From a virus, in the IMG/VR virus record IMGVR_UViG_3300037294_000399, positions 1 to 64,000 of that record: a stretch of DNA of 64,000 nt. One strand, 5' to 3'. Under the pieces are notes generated by a model, which was not told the origin of the DNA, did no database searches, and worked only from the letters and a program-made list of their open reading frames with translations. A program made the position numbers and the translations under genes. Position 1 is the stretch's first letter. Each line of letters begins with the position of its first letter. Shown here one piece after another: positions 1-9,785 of the stretch.

Positions 1-449
1 TCGTATTTTTCAATTTTAGCTAAATCAGATTTAGTTAAAAAATCTGGGCTAGATGTATAACTAGCGACCCCATGGTTCTCTATCATACTTTTTCTAATCT
101 TATTTTTAACGGTTTTTAATTTATTAGTCGAATCAACACCATATTTCTCTAGATTACTATTTTTAGTTTGTTTTACCCTTAATGAATAATCACATTCTTT
201 AGAACATGTTCTTAGTAAGATATTATCTTTATTATGTTCTCTAACTGGTCTATCACAAGTAACACATTTAGGGAATTCAAAAATATCATTTAAAATAAAT
301 TTAATTCTAATTTGGATACTAGTATTCTCTGGAGAAAAATCAGTTAGTTTATTAATTCCCTCAATTTGGGTTGGTGTTAAATTTTTAACAAAGTTGTTCT
401 TAATCCTACCATTACTGGATAAACCTTTCGTTTTTATTAACTATTTCAT
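1..449 (-). pseudogene. Degraded HEG-like zinc-finger gene running off the window
   Basis: Minus strand reads ATG AAA TAG, then ...PKCVTC...RTCSKEC...NLEKYGV, a motif typical of phage endonuclease N-termini; in-frame stop at codon 3. Confidence 0.45.
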
Positions 450-569
450 ATGGTGTATTTAAATTATTTTATTATGTTCATCATCTTAGATGTAAATAAA
501 TACCTAAAAAAGTTGTGAAAGTTAAATTATTTTCGTATCTTTGTTATTATTAATTAAAAATATAAAATT

Positions 570-1220
570 ATGAAAAAATTATTATTAGTTATTGTATTAT
601 TATTTAGTGTGGTTAGTTTTGCACAAGAAATTACTTTACCTAAATTAAATTCTAAAGAATTTAATTGGAAGGATGGTTATGGTAAAGTAAAGGAAGTAAG
701 GTTTGTTTTTCTAGGCGATAAACCTAATATAACGAATAAAATTTTGGAAAATGTCGTCATGTATTCAATGGTCAATGCTAAATCTAGTTTAACAAATCAA
801 CTTACATTTACACCTATAGCTTTAAATGTAATGGAGTATGAAGGTAATGTAATTGGAACTGTCACATTTAGAGGTAAAACTGCTGAACACAATATCCTTA
901 CAATCGTAAAATCTAACGAGATTGAAGAATTTGCAGCAACTTTCCCAGAAAGAACTGAGGAATTATTGAAACTTAAAGAAAACTATGATTTATTGACTGC
1001 AAAGTTAAATATGGTTTGGGATGAGTTGAAAATTTGCAGACCAAAAAATATAAGTAAAGAAGAACAAAAAAAATACGCTATTGCTGTTTTTGAAGTGTGT
1101 AAAACACATAAAGTTGAAAACTTCACTGGTTTATATTTCGGACTTGCACAATACAAGGTTAATTCTGTTGAAGAATTCTTGTTAAATTACGATGATAAAT
1201 TATTATACAAAATCCTTTAA
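570..1220 (+). CDS. Chimeric ORF: signal-peptide protein fused to a probable RNA ligase (Rnl1-type) C-terminal region
   Basis: N-terminal signal peptide MKKLLLVIVLLFSVVSFAQ; abrupt change at TFRG/KTAEHNILTIVKSNEIEEFAATFPER to a helical cytoplasmic-type tail. Confidence 0.45.
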   Translation: MKKLLLVIVLLFSVVSFAQEITLPKLNSKEFNWKDGYGKVKEVRFVFLGDKPNITNKILENVVMYSMVNAKSSLTNQLTFTPIALNVMEYEGNVIGTVTFRGKTAEHNILTIVKSNEIEEFAATFPERTEELLKLKENYDLLTAKLNMVWDELKICRPKNISKEEQKKYAIAVFEVCKTHKVENFTGLYFGLAQYKVNSVEEFLLNYDDKLLYKIL

Positions 1221-1258
1221 CCCACATGGGTTAAGGGATTTTAATTAAACCAAATATT

Positions 1259-1618
1259 ATGGCAATAGATTTTAAAGAAAAATTTGCAAATTTAAAGGCT
1301 AAAGATGCGGAACCTTTATCTCAAGAAGAATTGGGTTATGTTAAGATAATCGAAGATTACATCGATTCACAAATCGAATCTAAATTATCAACTGATAATG
1401 GAGAAGTTTGGGTCAACATCGTATACACTAGGTTCGCATATAATCCAGTATTAAAAAAACCTTTTCCGAACATGACAAACACTAGGCGAAGTTTTTTAAC
1501 TGATGAATTATTGAAACGTTATGAAGATGCCAACTGGTTAATCAAGTGGCAGATTGATGATGGGATGGATGGAAACATGTCTGGAGGTAATTATTTAATT
1601 TTAAAAGGTATGAAATAA
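1259..1618 (+). CDS. Hypothetical protein
   Basis: 119 aa ORF in co-oriented run. Confidence 0.7.
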   Translation: MAIDFKEKFANLKAKDAEPLSQEELGYVKIIEDYIDSQIESKLSTDNGEVWVNIVYTRFAYNPVLKKPFPNMTNTRRSFLTDELLKRYEDANWLIKWQIDDGMDGNMSGGNYLILKGMK

Positions 1619-1863
1619 TGAGAGAACAAATTACAGCCGAATGGGCAAAAAAAACAGCTGAAAGTATTTTAGGTGAGAAAATACAAAAACAAATAGGTGT
1701 GTGTTTAGACGCTATATAAAACGCTGTAAGACAAAATAAAATGTCGTGTAGTATTGGTATCTATGCAAATGCGTTTGTTATAAAAGAGTTGAATAAAAGA
1801 GGGTTCAGTGTTAAACAATATAATAACCAACTTGATGGTAATTATTTAACAATTTCTTGGTAA
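1618..1863 (+). pseudogene. Hypothetical gene with internal TAA at 1717
   Basis: ATG overlaps previous stop; frame continues past TAA to ...DGNYLTISW*, resembling the end of the upstream ORF (GGNYLILK). Confidence 0.55.
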
Positions 1864-2243
1864 TGACACATGAAGAAATGAATTTTTATTTAGCCAGTAT
1901 TGGTGGTTTAAATAGAACATATCGAGGAGACAAAGGTCCAATACTAGACTCTAAAGCTTTTGGTGTTGGTGAAGGGTGGTTACATTTAATTAAAGATATG
2001 GTTGAAGAACTAATCGCTTTAGGTTGGGATAAACGTTTGTTACAATCAAAAGAAAAGTTTGGTGGTTTAAGGTTCTACATCGAAACCTATCCAGAAGGTG
2101 GTCAAGATGTAATTATCAAATATGGAAAAATGTCATACGAAACATGTGAAGAATGTGGTGAGAAAGGTGGTTCTAAAAAAATTAAAGGTTGGATATACAC
2201 ACTATGTGAATATCATGAAAAAGAAAAATATGAAAACGATTAA
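1863..2243 (+). CDS. Conserved phage protein (KEKFGGLRFY motif, C-terminal zinc finger)
   Basis: QSKEKFGGLRFY and CEECG...LCEYH motifs. Confidence 0.75.
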   Translation: MTHEEMNFYLASIGGLNRTYRGDKGPILDSKAFGVGEGWLHLIKDMVEELIALGWDKRLLQSKEKFGGLRFYIETYPEGGQDVIIKYGKMSYETCEECGEKGGSKKIKGWIYTLCEYHEKEKYEND

Positions 2244-2664
2244 CGCACAAGGAATCATAGTAAGTTATGATTTAGAAGCTTTAGCAAATGAAGTTAACAA
2301 TATTCAATATGATAGACAAAATTATGTTGATAACCATAGAACATCTGGTGATGGTGTTTCTCTTCATGAAGGTTCACCAATAGAAGAAGAATTCAATGAG
2401 TTAAGAACTCAATTTGCTAATGATATTCTTGGTTTAGAACCTAGATTGGAAAAATTAATAGAAGATAATTTATTCCTAACTAAAAAAGGTGTCTTGGCTA
2501 AAAACAGACGTAGACCAATCTTAACAGGTGGTAGACAGTTTTATGTAAACGTTATCGATGAATACGACCACGATTTACAATTCGACAAACCTTACCTTAA
2601 ATTGGATAGAATTGGTGACAAGAAAGGTAAACTAATTATTCACGAAATGCAAACAAATTATTAA
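2230..2664 (+). CDS. Hypothetical protein
   Basis: ORF track; ATG 2230 overlaps upstream gene end. Confidence 0.65.
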   Translation: MKTINAQGIIVSYDLEALANEVNNIQYDRQNYVDNHRTSGDGVSLHEGSPIEEEFNELRTQFANDILGLEPRLEKLIEDNLFLTKKGVLAKNRRRPILTGGRQFYVNVIDEYDHDLQFDKPYLKLDRIGDKKGKLIIHEMQTNY

Positions 2665-3290
2665 ATATGTTTCCAAGTTCGATATGTAACTATTTTAAAA
2701 ATACACGCATCTTGAACTTGGAATTTTATTGCCAAATTTTTTTGTGATGTTCCATTAACAAAATATAAATCTCGAATCATTAATACTTGTTGTTCGGTTA
2801 ATTTGGCTTTAGAATTTTTTTCACCTTTTCTTTTTTCACTCATTTTTGCTTTTGCTTTTTCAGATGCTTTTTTACCTAAATTAATATTTTTTAGTTTTAA
2901 TTTTACAGTATCAGTATGTGTCTTGCCAAACATAGGATTATTTTCACCAGAAACATCGTGATGGTTTTTACTAATATTATCTTTATGTTCCTTAGTAAAA
3001 ACAATACCTTTATTACTACAACCTAAACAACCGTCACCACCTTTTGTTATGTTATAACCTATCTTTTTATTTCTAGCATCTAATTTACTTATCCAAAATA
3101 TTTCTTTTTCATTCATATCTTTTTTATCTACACAATTTTCTAAAATTTCTTTTTTAAAATTTTCTTTACCGTATTTTTTTATAGCGTTATTTAAAGCTAA
3201 ACCAGAGCCTAAATATTTAGGGTTATTTTTCGAATCTTGACCAACATAAATTTTATTATTTATTAGATTTGTTGTTTTATAAATTATCAT
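2661..3290 (-). CDS. GIY-YIG homing endonuclease with NUMOD3 repeats
   Basis: IIYKTTNLINNKIYVG, GYNITKGGDG, NPMFGKTH. Confidence 0.9.
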   Translation of the reverse strand: MIIYKTTNLINNKIYVGQDSKNNPKYLGSGLALNNAIKKYGKENFKKEILENCVDKKDMNEKEIFWISKLDARNKKIGYNITKGGDGCLGCSNKGIVFTKEHKDNISKNHHDVSGENNPMFGKTHTDTVKLKLKNINLGKKASEKAKAKMSEKRKGEKNSKAKLTEQQVLMIRDLYFVNGTSQKNLAIKFQVQDACIFKIVTYRTWKHI

Positions 3291-3399
3291 TTTAAATTGT
3301 TTATGAACCTATTGAAGATGTTATTTAATAATAAATACATAAAAACTTGTGAAAGTTAAATATATTTTGTACCTTTGTATAAAATAAAATATATTTAAT

Positions 3400-3912
3400 A
3401 TGGAATACACTGATAAATTACTAAGAGATGCTCTATTTGTTGCTGAAAATGCACATAAAAATCAAAGATACGATGAAATTTTTCCGTATATGAAACACAT
3501 ACATGATGTAATTGATGTTTTAAAACGGTTTGATTTTAAGAGTAATAAAATGTTAATAGCTGCTGCCCTACACGATGCTATCGAAGATGATGGTATTTCT
3601 TACAATGACATCAACAGACACTTTAACACGGAAGTTGCCGAGATGGTTTATTGTGTTACTGATGAGTTAGGTCGTAACAGAAAAGAGAAAAAAATAAAAA
3701 CTCTTCCTAAAACAGCTGGTAACCCAGATGCTATTATTCTTAAATTGGCTGACCGTATTGCTAACATTGAACATGGTGGTAAAATTGATATGTATGCTAA
3801 AGAGTATCAAGAGTTTAAGGGTGCTTTATATTTGAACACACCAGCACATGGTAGACCAATGTGGGAACATTTAGATAAATTATTACAAATTAATTTGGTA
3901 GAGTCAAATTAA
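3400..3912 (+). CDS. HD-domain small alarmone hydrolase (RelA/SpoT hydrolase, Mesh1-like)
   Basis: AHKNQR...PYMKH, AALHDAIED, KLADRIAN. Confidence 0.85.
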   Translation: MEYTDKLLRDALFVAENAHKNQRYDEIFPYMKHIHDVIDVLKRFDFKSNKMLIAAALHDAIEDDGISYNDINRHFNTEVAEMVYCVTDELGRNRKEKKIKTLPKTAGNPDAIILKLADRIANIEHGGKIDMYAKEYQEFKGALYLNTPAHGRPMWEHLDKLLQINLVESN

Positions 3913-3946
3913 TTTATTACCTTTGTATCAACAAAACAAAAAACAT

Positions 3947-4681
3947 ATGAAAATTAAAGACATTTTTGACGAGATTGCTGCTGAAGGTGGTACTAACCAA
4001 AAAATGGTTATTTTAGCTAAATACGCTGACAACGAATTGTTAAAACGAGTATTATATTTGGCAAACTCTAAGAGAGTTAAATTTTACATTAAACGTGTTC
4101 CAGAATACGTTGATGTTAGGAATAAAATCTCCTTGGATGACGCATTAGATGAATTATCAGTGATTAGTAATAGAACACTTACAGGTAGTGCTGCCGTGGC
4201 TCACTTAGTTGATTTATTGTCAATAACTGAACCAGAAGATGCTTATATCTTAGAACGTATCATCGAAAAAGATTGTAAAATAGGTATGGGTACCTCAAAT
4301 ATGAACAAAGTGTTCAAAAACCTTATTGAAGATACACCTTATATGGGTGCCGTATCGTTTGATGAGAAGAAAGCACGCAAGTTGTTTGAGAAAGGTGCCA
4401 AAGGTTATTCACAAGTTAAGATGGATGGTCGTTACTGCAACGCAACAATAGTTAACGGTGAAGTTTATTTGGAAAGCCGCCAAGGTGAACCAACAATCAT
4501 CACTGGTGCAAAGTTGATTGACGATTTAGCTAATTTGAATGAAGTGGTTCTTAATGGTGAATTGACCATGGATGGTTCAAAAGATATTGTATTAAAAATT
4601 GGTGAAATTATAAATATTGATGGGGTTGAGTGTAATGGAGATGAAATATTAGAAAAATTTAATAAAACCATTAAAAATTAA
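3947..4681 (+). CDS. ATP-dependent DNA ligase, N-terminal fragment
   Basis: Motif I KMDGRY, SRQG, motif III LNGEL, then a 34 aa non-ligase tail. Confidence 0.85.
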   Translation: MKIKDIFDEIAAEGGTNQKMVILAKYADNELLKRVLYLANSKRVKFYIKRVPEYVDVRNKISLDDALDELSVISNRTLTGSAAVAHLVDLLSITEPEDAYILERIIEKDCKIGMGTSNMNKVFKNLIEDTPYMGAVSFDEKKARKLFEKGAKGYSQVKMDGRYCNATIVNGEVYLESRQGEPTIITGAKLIDDLANLNEVVLNGELTMDGSKDIVLKIGEIINIDGVECNGDEILEKFNKTIKN

Positions 4682-4734
4682 ACAAGTAATCCGAACAATT
4701 AGATTTTATTAGATATTTATAATAAAAGAATATT

Positions 4735-5736
4735 ATGTATGTCTGTTATTTAATAAAATATAGTGGTGATAAACTACCAAGATTCTATATCGGGTCAACC
4801 TCATTAGATAAAATAAAAAATGGTTATCGTGGTTCAGTAGTTTCAAAAAAATATGGTAAAATTTTTAAAAATGAATTAAAAACAAACCCTCTTTTATTTG
4901 AATATGAGATATTAAGTGAACATACAACCAGAGAAGAAGCTTTAGAAGCTGAATTAATTCAGCAAAAGAAGAACAATGTTGTTAAATCAAAAGATTTTAT
5001 TAATGAATCATACGCATCTGTTAATGGAATGTTTGGTAGAGATGTTTCGGGTGAAGTGAATCCTATGTTTGGTAAAAAACATAGTGAAAAAACTAAGAAA
5101 ATACTCAGCGAAAAACGAGGTAACTTACTAAGATATAGTTTAACTGACGAACATAAATTAATTATTAGTAAAACACATAAAGGTAAAATTGTTAGTGAAG
5201 AAACAAAAAGTAAAATAAGTAATAAAAAAAATGGTACCTTTACTGCTATTGATGAATCTAGAAATTATTTTAATATTGGTAAAAATGATGAGAGGTATTT
5301 AAACGGTGAATTATCTGGTATGACTGTTGGATTTGTTGTTGTTAAAGATATTAATGGTAATAAATTATTAGTTGGTGTTAATGATGAACGTTATTTAAGT
5401 GGTGAATTAGTTCATATTAATAAAGGTAAAGTTATGAGTGATGAAACTAAGGTTAAAATATCCGAATCAAGTAAAGGTAAAATAATAAGTGAAGGGTGTC
5501 GTAAAAAAATATCCGAAGCACATAAAGGTAAAATTAAAGGTCCGTTGAGTGAGGAAATTAAAATTAAAATATCAGAAGCTAATAAAGGTAGAGTTATGAG
5601 CGAAGAAACTAAACAAAAGTTAATTATTAGTAAAACGGGGATGAAATATATTGAACGAATTTGCCCATATTGTAAAAAAGTAGGTCGGGGTGGAAATATG
5701 TTTAGGTATCATTTTGATAATTGTAAATTAAGATAA
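4735..5736 (+). CDS. GIY-YIG (Seg-like) homing endonuclease with NUMOD3 repeats inside the ligase gene
   Basis: VCYLI...FYIGS, repeated HSEKTKKI/SEETKSKIS, C-terminal CPYC. Confidence 0.85.
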   Translation: MYVCYLIKYSGDKLPRFYIGSTSLDKIKNGYRGSVVSKKYGKIFKNELKTNPLLFEYEILSEHTTREEALEAELIQQKKNNVVKSKDFINESYASVNGMFGRDVSGEVNPMFGKKHSEKTKKILSEKRGNLLRYSLTDEHKLIISKTHKGKIVSEETKSKISNKKNGTFTAIDESRNYFNIGKNDERYLNGELSGMTVGFVVVKDINGNKLLVGVNDERYLSGELVHINKGKVMSDETKVKISESSKGKIISEGCRKKISEAHKGKIKGPLSEEIKIKISEANKGRVMSEETKQKLIISKTGMKYIERICPYCKKVGRGGNMFRYHFDNCKLR

Positions 5737-5743
5737 AAATATT

Positions 5744-6583
5744 ATGGTGGAGTTTAAAAAAATTAAAAGGGTTACGAAAAATGAAGATGGTAGTGTAACA
5801 TTGACAATGGATGGTGTACCTCGTTATGAGTCTAACGGTATCATAGCATCAATCATTGATATCTGCGGGAAACGTGAGTCTAGGACTAGTGAAGAAAATA
5901 TCAAAAAAGTCTTAACTTTTGAAGACAAGCATGGTAGTTTTGAGGATGCTTTGGTTAAAATACGTTACACTGTTTGGGATATGATTACTATTGATGAGTA
6001 CAATACTACTAAATCAACTACACCATACAATGTAAGACTTAAAAATCTTTCAGAAACGTTATCAACTATCCAAAACGATAATGTTATGGTGTCAATCATT
6101 GAAAATAGAGAGGTTAATACCTTTGAAGAAGCAATGGAGCACTTCAAAGAAATGCTAGGTCGTGGTGAAGAAGGTACTATCCTTAAAGCACAAACTGGTG
6201 AGTGGAAAGATGGTAAACCAACATGGCAAATCAAACTTAAGTTGGAATTGACATTAGATTTGATGATTACTGGTTTTAATTACGGCACTAAAGGTACTAA
6301 AAATGAAAACGTTGTTAGTTCGTTTAATGCTATGACATCATGTGGTTTATTGAAAACTAGACCACAAGGATTGAAAGAAGATTTAATGAAAGAAATTACA
6401 GAAAGACAAGATGAGTTGTTAGGTACAATCATCGAAGTTAAATGTTCTGGTCTTTCATTTGACAATACTGGTGCTTATTCGTTGTTATATCCAGCGTTTA
6501 AACATTTCAGAGACGATAAGGGTGTTGCCAACTCTTTGGAAGAATGTATTGACATTCAAAATGCGGCTTTAGGTTTATCTTAA
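5744..6583 (+). CDS. ATP-dependent DNA ligase, C-terminal fragment
   Basis: Motif IIIa YTVWD, IV EGTILK, V KLK, OB domain, VI YPAFKHFRDDK. Confidence 0.85.
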   Translation: MVEFKKIKRVTKNEDGSVTLTMDGVPRYESNGIIASIIDICGKRESRTSEENIKKVLTFEDKHGSFEDALVKIRYTVWDMITIDEYNTTKSTTPYNVRLKNLSETLSTIQNDNVMVSIIENREVNTFEEAMEHFKEMLGRGEEGTILKAQTGEWKDGKPTWQIKLKLELTLDLMITGFNYGTKGTKNENVVSSFNAMTSCGLLKTRPQGLKEDLMKEITERQDELLGTIIEVKCSGLSFDNTGAYSLLYPAFKHFRDDKGVANSLEECIDIQNAALGLS

Positions 6584-6610
6584 TTATTAATTTTAAAAAC
6601 AAAAAACAAA

Positions 6611-7084
6611 ATGAAAAAAGTATTATTTTTATTAGTGGCTTTAATTAGCTTAAGTGTAAGTGGACAAACAGTTATATATTTGACAAAAGTAGAAACATCT
6701 AGAAATTTGTTCGTGTCGGTTGGTTTATCAAGAAGTCAAGGTGACTTCGCAACAAATTCATATCCTAGTATTGAATTAGGTTATGTACATGAAAACATTT
6801 CTTATTCTGCGGTATTTGGTCGTGGTGATTTTAATGGAATCTTTAGAAATGGTGACAACTTAGATAACTATTGGTTTGAAGCAAAATTCTCACCTAGTTA
6901 TAGTATTGGTCGATTGAATGGTTTCTTAATAGCTGGTGGTGGTGCGTATTTTAATTCAGACCATTATTTTGCTGAATTAGGTTTAGGGTTGAGTTATACA
7001 CATAATAGATTAACCTATGGGGCTAGTTTTAGTAACTGGGACACCAAAAATTATATAACACCGTTTATTTCGGTTAATTTTTAA
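6611..7084 (+). CDS. Putative outer-membrane beta-barrel protein
   Basis: Signal peptide, alternating beta-strand pattern, terminal Phe. Confidence 0.6.
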   Translation: MKKVLFLLVALISLSVSGQTVIYLTKVETSRNLFVSVGLSRSQGDFATNSYPSIELGYVHENISYSAVFGRGDFNGIFRNGDNLDNYWFEAKFSPSYSIGRLNGFLIAGGGAYFNSDHYFAELGLGLSYTHNRLTYGASFSNWDTKNYITPFISVNF

Positions 7085-7154
7085 GACAATGAAAAAAATG
7101 ATTAAATTCCCGTAACATTTTAATATTCCAGATATTTATTAATAAAGATAAACT

Positions 7155-7904
7155 ATGGAAACAAAAACCTGTAATAAATGTAACGATGAAAAAGAAATCA
7201 TTCATTTTCATAAAAAAAGTAATAACCACGATGGTTATAATACAATCTGTATTGAATGTATAAGTAAACAAAAAAAAGAGTATTACTATAATAATAAATC
7301 TCTTATAAAAGAGAGACAAAAAGATTATTCAAAGCAATATTACGTGAATAATAAGGTTGAGATAAAGGAACATCGGAATAAGTATTATTCCGAGAATAAA
7401 GATGTGTTTGCTAATTATTATATAGAAAATAGAGACAAGATTCTCGAAGACCAAAAAAAATATAGGGAAGAAAATAAAGAATCAATTAAAAAAACGAAAC
7501 AAGAGTATCTTAAGAATAATCCAGAAAAGATTGCTGATTATCGAAAGAAATACTACGATGAAAATAAAGATGCTATCTTAGCCAACAATAGAGCGTGGAA
7601 TAAGAAAAATGCTCACATTGTTGCGTGGAGAAGCGTTCTAAAAAGCCATTTAAGACGAATAGGGAAGAAAAAAGAAGGTCACACAATAGACCTACTTGGT
7701 TATTCGGCACTCGAATTGAAAGAACACATTGAAGCATTATTTGTTGACGGTATGTATTGGGATAATCATGGGGTATGGGAAATAGACCATGTAATGCCAG
7801 TAACTAGTTTTGATTCAGAAACATTACCAAATGTTGTAAATGCGTTATCTAATTTACAACCGTTATGGCGAGCAGATAACAGGAGCAAATATAATAACTA
7901 TTAA
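7155..7904 (+). CDS. HNH-family homing endonuclease
   Basis: N-terminal CxxC...CxxC, K/Y-rich helical repeats, WEIDHVMP...NLQPLW...N. Confidence 0.85.
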   Translation: METKTCNKCNDEKEIIHFHKKSNNHDGYNTICIECISKQKKEYYYNNKSLIKERQKDYSKQYYVNNKVEIKEHRNKYYSENKDVFANYYIENRDKILEDQKKYREENKESIKKTKQEYLKNNPEKIADYRKKYYDENKDAILANNRAWNKKNAHIVAWRSVLKSHLRRIGKKKEGHTIDLLGYSALELKEHIEALFVDGMYWDNHGVWEIDHVMPVTSFDSETLPNVVNALSNLQPLWRADNRSKYNNY

Positions 7905-7916
7905 AAATATACAATT

Positions 7917-8288
7917 ATGAATACAAACAAACGTATGGTTAAATTCCCGTCTATTGAACAATTTAGAACAGTTGTTTCTAACATCAATAGAGATTTTAAC
8001 TTTGTTGGTTTAGATGAAAATGGGGACGCTATTTATGACCCTAGTTTAAAAAAACCAACACTTACATTCAAAGGAACTGTGAAATTACACGGAACCAATG
8101 CTGGCGTGTCTTATAATGAGGTTGATGGTCTTTGGGCACAATCTCGTGAAAATATTATCACACCAGCAGCATCAAAATTAGTAGAAATTGAGTTTGAAGA
8201 TGGCTCAAAACAATTATTTGATGAAAACGCAATTATTAATGGTAAAGTAATTAATGATTTTAAAATAGGTGAGACTATTGTTTTATAG
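7917..8288 (+). CDS. RNA ligase (Rnl2 family), N-terminal fragment
   Basis: FPSIEQF, motif I KLHGTN, QSR, followed by a non-ligase tail. Confidence 0.8.
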   Translation: MNTNKRMVKFPSIEQFRTVVSNINRDFNFVGLDENGDAIYDPSLKKPTLTFKGTVKLHGTNAGVSYNEVDGLWAQSRENIITPAASKLVEIEFEDGSKQLFDENAIINGKVINDFKIGETIVL

Positions 8289-8497
8289 CATACCAATTTT
8301 TATATTTGTAAAAATCTTTATTGGTTAATCTAGTAATAATTCGTTTATTGGTAATGTTTTCATAAAGTTTGGTATAACATCCATATATGAATGGCAAATA
8401 GAGGAAGGGACTATATTTGAAGAAGATTATGTCAAAAACGTAGATGAATACGTATTCACTTTAGATGAATGGTTTGAAAAAAATAAAAAACATAAAA

Positions 8498-9334
8498 ATG
8501 GAAAAGAAAATAAAAAATATTAGAGAAATTAAAACATCTGACAACGCTGGTTTTGCTTTCTTTGTTGAAGCAAACAAAGAAACATTTATTGATTTGATGA
8601 ACCAAGTAAAAACTGAAACTGGTTTGGATTTAGTAACAAACACTATTAGCATTTATGGTGAGTGGTGTGGTGGAAACATCCAAAAGGGTGTTGGTATCAC
8701 CAATTTAGAAAAATCTTTCTTTATTTTTGGTGTTAAGGTAACACCACATACTGAAAATAAAGAAGAATTAACAGAAAACCCAGCGTATTGGGTTGATTAT
8801 AGTTACTTGGAAGCAAGTGATAAAAAAATATATAACATCGATAATTTCAAAACCTTTACTATCGATATCGATTTCAATATGCCACAATTGGTTCAAAACC
8901 AATTGTCTGAAATGACAATCGAGGTTGAAAATGAATGTCCAGTTGCCAAATCTTTTGGTTTCTCTGGTATTGGTGAAGGTATTGTTTGGTCATGTGGCTT
9001 TAAAGGTGTTGTTAATAGGTTCAAAGTAAAGGGTGAAAAACACTCTTCTAGTAAGGTAAAAACACTTGCCGCTGTTGATGTTGAAAAATTGGAGTCTATA
9101 CAAAAATTTGTTGACTATGCTGTAACTAAAAGTCGTTTTAACCAAGCACTTGAAAATGTTTTCCCAAATAATGAACCAATCGACACCAAAAAATTAGGTG
9201 ATGTTATCAGATGGGTGGTTAACGATGTTATCAAAGAAGAAATGGATACTATGGTTAAGAATAAACTTGAACCAAAAGAAATTAACAAATACATTTCTGT
9301 TAGCGTTAGAGATATGTTTTTTAAATTGGTTTAA
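8498..9334 (+). CDS. RNA ligase (Rnl2 family), C-terminal fragment
   Basis: DNAGFA, motif III IYGEW, IIIa FFIF, IV GEGIVW, V FKVKG. Confidence 0.8.
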   Translation: MEKKIKNIREIKTSDNAGFAFFVEANKETFIDLMNQVKTETGLDLVTNTISIYGEWCGGNIQKGVGITNLEKSFFIFGVKVTPHTENKEELTENPAYWVDYSYLEASDKKIYNIDNFKTFTIDIDFNMPQLVQNQLSEMTIEVENECPVAKSFGFSGIGEGIVWSCGFKGVVNRFKVKGEKHSSSKVKTLAAVDVEKLESIQKFVDYAVTKSRFNQALENVFPNNEPIDTKKLGDVIRWVVNDVIKEEMDTMVKNKLEPKEINKYISVSVRDMFFKLV

Positions 9335-9430
9335 GATGGGTGTGAATGGTATTATTATTATCGTATTAATAGTTGCCGCTATCACATCGGTAATAATAAA
9401 AGAAGTTGATAAAAACAAAAATAAAAAGTT

Positions 9431-9640
9431 ATGATACAAATTACAAATAAAGTTTACAGACTTAAAAAAGCGGCAGAAGTTGCTAAAGATATGCCACTTC
9501 CAGCTGGACAAGAAATAGAAATAGTAATGGATGTTGTTTATGTTAACGGACACATGGTTCCACCAGCAATGCAAAACTTATTCTACAATTGGGTCACAGG
9601 AAACCCGACATTATTTGATGATGTCACAAAAAAGTGGTAA
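9431..9640 (+). CDS. Hypothetical protein
   Basis: 69 aa ORF. Confidence 0.6.
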   Translation: MIQITNKVYRLKKAAEVAKDMPLPAGQEIEIVMDVVYVNGHMVPPAMQNLFYNWVTGNPTLFDDVTKKW

Positions 9641-9785
9641 ATGTATAAAAAACTTAAATTAGCTTTAAGTAAATGGTGGAAGCGTCACATATGTGATGAC
9701 TTCCCAAAAGATATTGACGAAACTTTATTTTAAAATATTTGGTTATTTAAAATAAAACAATTACCTTTGTTAAAAATAATAAAAT

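Noticed and set aside
4577-5815. Group I intron or canonical split intein in the DNA ligase
   Set aside because: No P/Q/R/S elements like those in the NAMPT intron, and no C-terminal His-Asn followed by Cys/Ser/Thr
4561-5815. T4 gene 60-style ribosomal bypass
   Set aside because: No stop directly after the matching codons, the gap exceeds 1.2 kb, and the downstream part has its own start
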